Assembly (NCBI RefSeq): GCF_032191835.1
Contig: NC_083228.1
Location: 30,504,001-30,568,000, forward strand
Length of the DNA: 64,000 nucleotides
Reading direction: 5' to 3'
Source of the DNA: Heteronotia binoei
Lineage: Eukaryota
Shown piece by piece: positions 11,134 to 20,948 of the stretch (position 1 is the stretch's first letter; each line of letters opens with the position of its first letter). Below the pieces are notes generated by a model. It was not told the DNA's origin. It saw only the letters and a program-made list of their open reading frames with translations, and ran no database searches. The position numbers were made by a program, and so were the translations under genes.

Positions 11134-12554
11134 ATAAGAGCTCTGTGGCACAGAGTGGTAAAGCTGCAGTACTGCAGTCGGAACCCTCTGCTCATGACCT
11201 GAGTTCAATCCCAGCGAAAACTGGTTCAGGTAGCCGGCTCAAGGTTGACTCAGCCTTCCATTCCCCTTGCCCAGATTGCTCAGAGGTTTGGGCTTGGGTG
11301 CCACCAATATGCAGATGACACCCAGCTCTATCTACTAATGGACAGCCGACCTGACTGCGTCCCAGAAAACCTGGACCTAGCATTGCAGGCCGTGGCAGGT
11401 TGGGTCAGGCTGAATGGGCTGAAGTTCAATCCAACGAAGACAGAGGTCCTTTGCTTGGGCCGCGGTGCCCCGGGAAGAGAAATCCCCCTTCCGGTTTTTG
11501 ACGGTGTGCCGCTGAAAGCAGCCCATAAGGTCAAGAGCTTGGGGGTTCTTCTGGAGCCTTCATTATCAATGGAGGCACAGATAGCGGCCACTGCCAAGTC
11601 CGCGTTTTTTCACCTTCGATGGGCGAAGCAGCTGGCCCCCTTCCTGGAGCGCCAGGACCTAGCAACGGTGATCCATGCTACGGTCACCTCGAGACTGGAC
11701 TACTGTAACACCCTCAACATGGGGCTGCCCTTGTGCCGAACCCGGCGGCTGCAGCTGGTGCAAAACACGGCGGCTAGGCTGCTGTTGGGACTCCCAAGAT
11801 GGGAGCACATACAGCCGGAGCTGCGCGGACTGCACTGGCTGCCAGTGGTGTACCAAGTCCGTTACAAAGTGCTGGTTATCACCTTTAAAGCCCTATATGG
11901 CCGAGGACCTGCCTACTTGAGGGACTGTCTCTCCCCATATGAACCCCAGAGAGCACTGAGGTCAGCTGGAAAGAACCAGCTGAATATCCCTGGGCCAAGG
12001 GAGGCCAGATTGAAGACCACTCGGGATCGGGCCTTCTCCATTGCAGCTCCACTCCCGGAGGAGGTACGGGCCCTGCGATGTTTAGACCAATTCCACAGGG
12101 CCTGTAAGACCTATCTCTTCAAAATAGCCTTCACCTAATACCGAGCCAAGAAGGTCTCGCTGGACATGTTTTAGCCACTGAATCTTATTAAAGACCTAAG
12201 TTATAGCACCACAATATTAATTTTAATACAAGTTGTTAATGATTTAATGATGATTTTATAATTGTAATTGTAATTATTATGTATGGTTTTATTGTATATT
12301 ACATTCGTATGTTGTGAGCCGCTCTGAGCCTGCCCTGGCAGGGAGGGCGGGATACAAATAAAAAGTATTATTATTATTATTCCGAGGTCAGTAAAATGAG
12401 TACCTAGCTTGCTGGGGGGAAAGCGTAGATGACTGGGGAAGGCAATGGCAAACCACCCCATAAAAAGTCTGCCATGAAAACGTTGTGAAAGCAACGTCAC
12501 CCCAGAGTTGGAAACAACTGGTGCTTGCACAGGGGACCTCTCCTTTTCCTTTCC
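11134..12554 (+). mobile_element. Sauria SINE (Squam1), interrupted by an L2 insertion
   Basis: tRNA head and body up to tcagccttcca (11260), resuming at tccgaggtcagtaaaatgagtac (12381) through an RTE/BovB-like tail; 11-bp TSD ttcccaacctg at 11123-11133 and 12555-12565. Confidence 0.85.
11263..12380 (+). mobile_element. 5'-truncated L2-clade LINE: reverse transcriptase C-terminal half, 3'UTR and (ATT)n tail
   Basis: Stop-free frame to 12138 with HQYADDTQLY, LNGLKFNPTKTE, SRLDYCN, LQLVQNTAARLL, LHWLP and KTYLF motifs typical of L2 ORF2. Confidence 0.92.
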
Positions 12555-12699
12555 TTCCCAACCTGTAGGTTGGGACCCAAAAGTGGGTCACAAAGGGGTT
12601 GCAGGCCAGCCCTCCCTAATGGCCAGGTCACCCTTGCCCTTTCTATTGCACTCTTTTGTTTTTAGGATACCAAGATCTAACCCTCAAAACAGTGTCATA

Positions 12700-12899
12700 A
12701 AGAGGTTTGGCAGCTCTGGGTTGGGAAATACCTCAAGATTTTGGGGGTGGGACCTGAGGAGGGCCAGGTTTGAGGCATGATGCCATAGAGTCCAAGTTCC
12801 AAGGTAACCATTTTCTCCAGGTGAACTGATCTCTGTTGCGTGGAGATCAGTTGTAATCCCAAGAGATCTCCATCCACCACCTGGAGGTTTGCAACTCTG
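12700..12899. mobile_element. Decayed TAGGGTTGCCA-family hAT MITE
   Basis: Body homologous to 1960-2165 and 4748-4967. Confidence 0.6.
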
Positions 12900-14906
12900 G
12901 TCATATATTAGTTGGGTGTGGGGTTTTCCCCTCTTCATATACATGTTGTTCAAGTAAAGTATGTCCTGATGGTTAATAGAGTGAGTTTCTTAGAATCTTA
13001 GGGAGGATTGGTGGGGGGGGGGGGTAATGGGGAAGGAAAAGGTGGTCAAAGGCTGGAGTATAATCTCATAATGCAAAGGCTGTATATGTTGAAATATCAT
13101 TTGTGTAGGATTCGTAGTGGGGGCAGCTTGCACCCTTTGTATGATGTCAAAAACATTTGGCTAGTCGTTATAGAAAGCAGAATGCTGAACTCGATGGGTG
13201 CCAAGGCCACAGTCTGCCTAGGGCCCCGTGAAACATTTGGGCCAGCCTTTGATGGGTCACTATAAAGTAAATTTGGACTTGTAGGTCACAATGCCAAAAA
13301 AGTGGGGAACCGCTGATAATCATTTCTCACATTATGCCCCTGTCGTTCCAAAAACTAGATATTCACACAGGAACCTTAAATTGACTTCAAGATTCTTCTC
13401 AGAGCCACCCTATACTCCCAAGTGAGGCTGGTGGTTATAAGGACAAGGCCTTCTTGGTTGTGATACATTTGCTTGTGAAAGCCAGTGTGGTGCAATGGTC
13501 TTTTATGGCTTAAGGAGGTAGTTTTAAAAGAGTGGCCATGTTGCTCTGAAGTAGAACAGCTAGATTCGAGTCCAGTCACACCTTAGAGACTTGATATAAA
13601 TCCAATGGGCAGGGTATAAATCCAAAATCCAATATCTTAGAGACCAATGGGAGCTTTGACTCTTAAAAACTCATACCCCCAAAAAAATCTTATTGGTCTA
13701 AGATGCTCCTGGACTCTTTTATCTGGCTCTTTCACGGTGATTGTTGCCTGTTTTTGTTTACATTTTGCTGCTCTTCATTTTTATTGGTTTCTGAAACTAG
13801 CTTGGTTTTAATTAACAATTGCCTTTAAAGAGGGTTCTAGATGACATTTTTAAAAACTTTACTGCTATGATGCTATTTTAATTTTCGATATATTTATTGT
13901 TGGGTTTTTATGGATGTGACATTGCTCCTATTTATTGTTGGCTGCCTCAGGAATCAACTGTTTGAAAGAGTGCACTGCGTACCTGCTCTAAATAAAGAAT
14001 GAAAATGTCGTGAGTGTGGCGGGGAGCACTTTCCAGACTGTCACACATTTGTGAGGCATTTGAAGCTGAGACAACACTTGGGGCAGAAGAAATCGTAAGC
14101 CAGTATTCCCAAAAGAAGTGATGCTTCATCTGGAAGTGTCCTCAGCAAAGGGAACCTGCCGGAACCTCATGCTAGCATCCAGTTTGGTGAACAGAGTGGT
14201 TTCTGCTCATTGTGTGGGAGTGTGCTCCTCCAAAGATAATTCTTCTGCGCCTTTGTCAAGATACATATATATTATGCTCTGTCATCACAGCAGAGAGAGA
14301 TGGAAGGAGTAGGAGGAATGTCTTTGCCAGTTGCCTATCATCTTTGCTAAGGATTATTTCCCCCCCTTCCTGTTTCAGGTACCTTATAAAACCTGGAATG
14401 GCCAAAGACATGAGCCTTTGAGTGTGAACTGGAGGACAAGAGCCAAGGCTATCTTGTCCCTTTAGCTTCCAGCTTGTTCCTCACAGCTTGTGGCTTCAAA
14501 CAGACCAGCCAATGAGCACAGAACCAACCTGAGATCTAGTGGGAGGTTTTTGCTTGTCGTTCACTAGTTTACTTAACAAGGGTGTTTTTCTTGTTGCAAG
14601 CTGCTTTGAGTTTCTTCAGTGGGAACAGCAGGGTACTAGTAGTTCAGTGATAATAATGATCTTGTTACTGGAACTGGCACAACAGCAGTCCAAAAGTATA
14701 CATCCTTTGACCCTTGTGATCACTCTCATTTCTTCCATTCATCTCTATTGTTTTTCCCAATAGTGGTAAAGGCACATGCTTGAGTTTAGTGATATGGAAC
14801 TATGTCTGTTTTCAGACGTCTCTTATATTGAGCATGAAATAACCCTGTCGGTGCCAAATGATCCATTCCTGCTATATACAACCATGTCCAGGATTAACCG
14901 TGTCCT

Positions 14907-15362
14907 TGTTGGGTTTTGGCAACTTCACTTCCTGGAGTCATGAGTTAATTAATTGTTTGCTTATGCATGCTGGTACTTAGCTAGTCAGTGGTTGAACCTA
15001 TCAGCTAGTCTACACGTATCTCCCACCAGAAGCTAGGTGTCAATATGCATATTAACCTGTAAGGGGAAGTCCTAATTGGGTAATCAATAGATTGGGGATG
15101 GTCTGGGAAGAAAGCATTGGGTTACAGGTTTTACAATCCTTTGTTCGTCCCTAGATCACCGGACAGTTGCTGTTTAGATCTTAGAGAGTCAACATGTAGT
15201 TAGGAAAGACAGATAGGATGTTAAATCCTTTTCTTGTTTTGTCAAACTCCAAGTTACCCCTTTCCTCATTAGACAAATAAAGATTACTTTGTTAAAGCTA
15301 AATGCGTGTGCCTGGCTATTTTGTAGTTTACTCTGTGTTACTCTGCTAACGAAATCCTAACA
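14907..15362 (+). mobile_element. Solo LTR (456 bp)
   Basis: TGTTGGG...CCTAACA terminal inverted repeat; perfect 5-bp TSD gtcct (14902-14906, 15363-15367); AATAAA at 15276-15281. Confidence 0.8.
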
Positions 15363-16173
15363 GTCCTCAAATACTGAATTCACACTTAAAGGTTCACCTT
15401 TCATTTTGCTCACTGATGACTTATAAATATACTAGGAACAAAGCCCATTGTGGAGAAAAATACAACGGGCTCTAGAAAGAGGCTCTGGGCGAGTGCCCTC
15501 TACCCTTGCTGTCTTTCCTACTACCCAAGTGAATGCATTTACTTCTCCCCCTTCCCCCCCTCCCCGACCTCAAGAGGAGTTGATCTCTGCCATGTGGAAA
15601 GCAGTTGTAATTCTGAGTGATCTACAGCCCTCACATGGAGACTGGCAACAGTGGTTCCCCAGGAGATGGATGGTTTGGAGAGTGGAGTCTAAGCCATTAT
15701 ACCTGTCTGAGGTCCCACCCCCTCTTCAAACCCACCATCTCAAGGCTCCACCTCTTGCAGCTTGCCCATCCTTTTATCCTCTTTTATGCAAGATGTTAAG
15801 TTTCTTGGGACTCTTACCCAAGATATCATATTTAAGAATTAACGTCAGATTATTTTAAGAGGACAAGCAAGAGTTTATACGTACCTGAGATGCCGGATTA
15901 TTGTCCAGACTTCATGTGATACATCAGACGTGAGGAACTGATGAATGGACTTCTGTTTGTTATATGTAGTAAGGATGGATACTAAAGGAATTTGCAGCAA
16001 AGCTTGGAGGATCAGTCTGCAGAATGCCAATCAAAGTAATGCTTATTTTATTGCAACACTTTGACTTCTGTGTTCAGTTGCCTTAAATTAGGCTGGAGTT
16101 TGGTAGCTCTTATTCAGGAAGTGATTCTCTGTGGGGGGCTAAATAGGCTGTAACACTCTACTTATCATTCCAG

Positions 16174-16273
16174 GCTGGCCATTTGACATTGTCATGTGTA
16201 AAATGAGTGGGCTGGTCCAGGGGATGTCTGTCTCTGCTTCGGTTTTCACGCTGGTGGCCATTGCAGTGGAAAG
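16174..16273 (+). CDS. NPFFR1: Neuropeptide FF receptor 1, penultimate coding exon (100 nt, ECL1-TM3)
   Basis: ttccag|GCTGGCC...GTGGAAAG|gtatgt; encodes [34 protein letters not shown]. Confidence 0.95.
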
Positions 16274-16758
16274 GTATGTTTGCATCATTTAGTTTTCAAT
16301 ACCTTTTTTGCCCGCAGACAGTGAGTTAACCTTTAAAGCCCAAACTAAGAATGTATATGAAGCCACTCTGTACTAAGTCACACCACTGGTCTGTCTAGAT
16401 CATGTGACAGTCTGTGGTTCTCTAAGGCTTTGAGCAAAAGCCTTCCTTAGCAATAACATTGTTGTTTGAGATCCTTTCTTACTTCAGACACGTGCAAAGG
16501 ATTGAATCCAGTATATACAAAGCACATACTCCATTATTGGCTCTTCTGTTCACCACCCTATGTAATGAAAGTATAATCCACAAGATGGAGATAGAGAGAG
16601 TCTAGAACAGGGGTGGCCAAACTTGCTTAACGTAAGAGCCACACAAAATAAAGGTAAAGGATATTGTAGGCCGCTTTGAGACTCTGAGATTCAGAGTGAA
16701 GGGCAGGGTATAAATCCAATATCTTCTTCTAAAGAGTTATAATCATTATTTAAGCAGT

Positions 16759-16980
16759 AGAACAAAGCAGGAGTCAAGTATCACCTTTAAGACCAACAAA
16801 ATTTTATTCAGAATATAAGTTTCGTGTGCATGCATACTTCTTCAGATGATGAATAAGGTACAGTAAGGAGAGCTACATATAGCTTGTGGGGTTTAGAATG
16901 CAAAGTTTGTTGGTCTTAAAGGTGATACTTGACTCCTGCTCTGTTCTTCTGCTTCAGACCAACACGGCTGCCCACCTGAA
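16759..16980. mobile_element. Penelope-like remnant with 34-bp perfect inverted repeat, in the last NPFFR1 intron
   Basis: 16767-16800 is the exact reverse complement of 16906-16939; hammerhead-like core on the - strand at 16813-16848. Confidence 0.7.
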
Positions 16981-17151
16981 TTATTTAAGCAGTTTATATG
17001 CTGCTTTACAACCGCGAAGATCTTATATAGGTCATAAGGGTAGTAGCAATATAAGGGTTGAATAGGAGCATTATTACACCTCAGAACACTCCAAGCCATG
17101 CCATATACCTCTAGTAGTTTCTGAACATAATGCCTTGTCTTTCTTTCCTAG

Positions 17152-18043
17152 GTTTCGTTGCATCGTGTACCCGTTCAGGCAGAAACTTACCCTGAGGAAA
17201 GCCCTGGTCACCATTGTTATCATCTGGGTCTTAGCCTTAATTATTATGTGCCCTTCTGCAGTCACTTTGACTGTTACCAGGGATGAATACCACTTTATGC
17301 TCGATGCCTACAACCATTCCTACCCATTCTACTCCTGCTGGGAAGCCTGGCCCGACAAGGAGATGCGCAAAATCTACACAACTGTTCTCTTTTCTCACAT
17401 CTACCTTGCCCCGCTCACCTTGATTGTGGTCATGTACACTCGGATTGCCTTCAAGCTCTTCAAGTCATCTGCCCACATAAGAGGCTCTCAGTTTGAAGAG
17501 AACGAGGGGAGAAGGGTCTCCAAGAGGAAGGTCAAAGTGATTAACATGTTGATTATCGTGGCGTTGTTCTTCACTCTCTCTTGGTTGCCTCTGTGGAGTT
17601 TAATGTTGCTGACAGACTATGGGAACCTCACTGAGTATCAGCTCAACCTCGTTACTGTTTATTTCTTCCCATTTGCTCATTGGCTGGCTTTCTTTAATAG
17701 CAGCATTAACCCAATTATCTATGGGTACTTCAATGAGAACTTCCGGAGAGGATTCCAGGAGGCCTTCAAAGTCCAGCTTTGCTCTATGGAAAGGGAACAC
17801 AAAGATACCTATTCCGAGAGGAATAACAGCGGCTTCCTTTTTGGGGCACGCAATCGGATTTTTGTTGAAGTGCAAGGCAGTGATTCAGCCCAGCAATCTG
17901 AGACAGGACAAAGTAGTGTCCTAAGATCTGGGCTGTTTCCAACGAGGAATGGCCGGGTGGCTCACCATGGCTTGATAGTGGAGGATTTTGACAGTAAAAG
18001 TTGCTCACCCAATAATGCCAGCATCCCAGCTTGGGATAGTTAA
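17152..18043 (+). CDS. NPFFR1: Neuropeptide FF receptor 1, last coding exon (ICL2 to C-terminus)
   Basis: Acceptor ttcctag|GTTTCGT; matches ORF 17135..18043; NPIIY motif in TM7; TAA at 18041-18043. Confidence 0.96.
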
Positions 18044-18311
18044 CGGAATTGGAGCCTCCTAGATCTGATGAGAACTGACTTTACTAGACATTGTTATTTT
18101 CAGAGCATGTGAACCAAATGCATGTGAAGTAAGCATCTCAAGTTCAAACTCTTTTATCGGTGTGGAAGTCTGTGTGAAAATATATTGCATCCGGGGGAAC
18201 CTGCTTTTCTTCAAGTCCCAGATTTTGATACCAGAATGTGGAACGTACCAGTTTTTATAAAGTGTTTAAATGTATGGATACGTCATTCCCCCTTAAAACC
18301 TCCTGTATATT

Positions 18312-18520
18312 GCCCTGACCTGGACAGCCCAAGCAAGCCTGCTCTTGTCACATCTTGGAAGCCAAGCAAAGCTGACCCTGCAAGTACTTGGATGGGAGAC
18401 CGCCAAGGAATACCAGGGCCGGGATGCAGAGGCAGGCAATAAGAAGCCACCTCTCTGAATGTCCTTGCCTCCCAGCTTTACTAGGGGTCACCAGTGGAGT
18501 CAGCCAAGATTTCCAGGCAT
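18312..18520 (+). mobile_element. 5S rRNA-derived SINE (SINE3, 5S-Sauria-like) in NPFFR1 3'UTR
   Basis: atcttggaagccaagc...agtacttggatgggagaccgcc..ggaatacc aligns to the 5S rRNA internal control region; continues into gaggcaggcaat...ccacctct, an RTE/Sauria-like tail. Confidence 0.8.
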
Positions 18521-18734
18521 GCATGTGCACGCGCGCGCACACACACACAAAATACTCAAACCCCACCCCACAAAAAACCATGTCCTGTATATTTAAAAGG
18601 GGCCTTGACTGAAGTTACACTTAAAGGGGAACTTAAAATATTTTGAAGTAGAATGTCTAGACAGAAGTACATCTGTCAGCTACTACAACTATTTGACACA
18701 ACCAGCTGGGCTACCTCAACTTTTTAAAAAAGTG

Positions 18735-18740
18735 AATAAA
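18735..18740 (+). promoter_or_regulatory. Candidate NPFFR1 polyadenylation signal
   Basis: AATAAA about 690 nt after the stop codon; use is inferred. Confidence 0.4.
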
Positions 18741-19427
18741 ATTTAAAGGGGAAAAGAAACCTTGTTCAGGGAACAGAAGGATAAACAGGAAGGCCATAAT
18801 CTGTAGTGCAATGCACACACGTAACACAGAGGAAGCCGTTGACGCTGAGGCAGGTGTACAATAGTCTCATTAACTTTTTGTGAGATTACTCTAGGATGAT
18901 ATAAATGGTTTCATGGTTGTCACTTCCACCAGATCACATAAGAACATATGTTCACTGCACGTCTCACTGTGCTGTGGAAGGGAGAGCCTACAGACCTCAG
19001 AGTTCACAACTGCCACCTCCCAGCTCAACTTACCTTCCAAAACTGGATGTGATGGGCATGATCAGGACACAACACTCTGCTAAAATTTTAATATAGGAAC
19101 AAGCCGGGGAATTACGTGGTTATTTCTCACAACAACAGTGTCTGTGATTCTGTTTCACAAAAGGCACAAATTCATAGACGTTTGAGGATACAGGATGATA
19201 CTGAAATTAGCCTTCTGGCACATCTGAACTGATTTTTAATTAATGCCATTAAACCAGTTTCTGCTTTGCTTTGTTTTTTGTAGGCTGTAGCCAAAGTATC
19301 CCTTTCTCAGTCCAGAAAGACATACAGATCTTATTACAAGCATCTGAAAAAAGATTATGGTCCTCATTTAAAAACATCATATAAAACCCATGGTTATTTA
19401 GAAAACTTACAGGCTTTCAGTAAAGAC

Positions 19428-19630
19428 CAGGGCTTTTTTTTTTTTTGAGCAGGAATGCACAGGAACGCAGTTCCGGCTGGCTTAGCAGCAGGAGGTGTGG
19501 CCTAATATGCAAATGAGTTCCTGCTGGGCTTTTTCTACAAAAAGCCCTATGTGAAACAATGGTGATGTCAGGGTTGTGGCCTAATATCCAAATGAGCTCC
19601 TGCTGGGCTTTTTCTACCAAAAAAGCCCTG
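19428..19630. mobile_element. hAT MITE (CAGGGCTTTTTT family) with internal duplication
   Basis: cagggctttt...aaaagccctg; perfect TSD gtaaagac. Confidence 0.85.
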
Positions 19631-20634
19631 GTAAAGACACAATGATGTAGGGATTGTTAATCACTTACACAGCAGTTAATATTAAAAAAATTTCCTTTCC
19701 CTCCAAAAATACACAATTATTCTCATATTGCAGGAGACAGCAACCTGTCCACAATCAACTATCTCAGACTTGAACTCAGAGCCAAGTCTGTCCGCAGGAC
19801 TACACTGGATTCTTCTGAGCCATGATTCCTGAATCCTGACTTGGACAAACAGTAGGATACCTCTATAATGCAAATGGTTTTGAATTCATAGTGCCTCTGC
19901 TTCACTTTATCAATTACCGTTTTCACACACAGCTTACCTCTCAGTCACAATCCTGTTCCCTCCACAGCGTCCGGTCGGATTTCCCACCATCTGCGCCAGA
20001 GTTACAGGAAGTGCCGCAGCTTCTGCGTAGCAAATGTAAACTGGGTTTTTGCAGTTCTATGGGTTCTATGCAGGTCTTCCTGCACCTAGCCCATTAAAAA
20101 AAAAGCAGGTGGGCTGTAGCACATGAACACATTATACTGAATCAGGTCAGTATCATCTACTGAGATTGGCAGCAGCTCTCCAGGGTCTCCAGCATCAGTG
20201 TTTCACGTCACATCCTGCCTGGTCCTTGTAACTGGTCCTTGGGACCATCAGCATGTGAGGCAAAGCTCTTCCTCTGAGCCACAGCCCCTATTGTACCATT
20301 CTGCTCAGCTAAGGGTCAAACTGGATGTTATGGCATCCCAGAGCCCACCCAGGGAACACACTGCAATTTTGTAGGAATGACTTCCCCCTAACAGAGCAGT
20401 GAGGGCCTGATTCTAGTTGGGATCACTGCAGCATAGGGACAGGAGCAGCTTCTACCACCCCCAGGCTGTTTTTCAAATCTGAAACAATGCTGGGGCAATA
20501 GGCAAATCCACCCCCCCCCCCCAGTGGTTCCTTAATACTTTCAACTAAAACAGGCATAACAATGTCCTCAATTCAGCAAGGGATCCAGTATCCCTTTCAG
20601 TTTCAGCTTCTGCCCATCCAAGGAATATCTAAGG

Positions 20635-20948
20635 CAGGGGTGGCCAAACTTGCTTAATCTAAGAACCACGTAAAATAAATGTCAGATGTTTGAGAGCTGC
20701 AAGACATGGACATCAGATGTTTGAGAGAAGGAAGGAAGGAAGGCTAATAGATGGTGGAGGGGAGAGGCAGAAAGAAAGCAACTTTAAATGCATTCTTCAA
20801 GCCACCAGCTGGCTTGGCTTGGAGAAGTTATTTAAAGAGAGAAATGCCTTCTCCAGGCCAGCCGATGGGGTAGGGGGGGCTTCAAGAGCCACACAATATG
20901 TGTGGAAGAGCCACATGTGGCTCCCGAGCCGCAGTTTGGCCACCCCTG
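20635..20948. mobile_element. hAT MITE (CAGGGGTGGCCAAAC family)
   Basis: Perfect TIR caggggtggccaaac / gtttggccacccctg; perfect TSD atctaagg. Confidence 0.9.

Larger units (their letters stand above)
16174..18043 (+). other. NPFFR1: NPFFR1 gene, 3' part (join 16174-16273, 17152-18043); upstream coding exons outside window
   Basis: Spliced translation [34 protein letters not shown]|FRCIVYPFRQKLT...FNSSINPIIYGYFNENFRRGFQ...IPAWDS*. This is a class A RFamide GPCR (TM3-TM7). Synteny with PPA1 and SAR1A supports NPFFR1 over NPFFR2. Confidence 0.95.

Noticed and set aside
18330-18430. Possible 5S rRNA gene
   Set aside because: Diverged, lacks the 5S 5' end and the oligo-T terminator, and is fused to a retroposon tail
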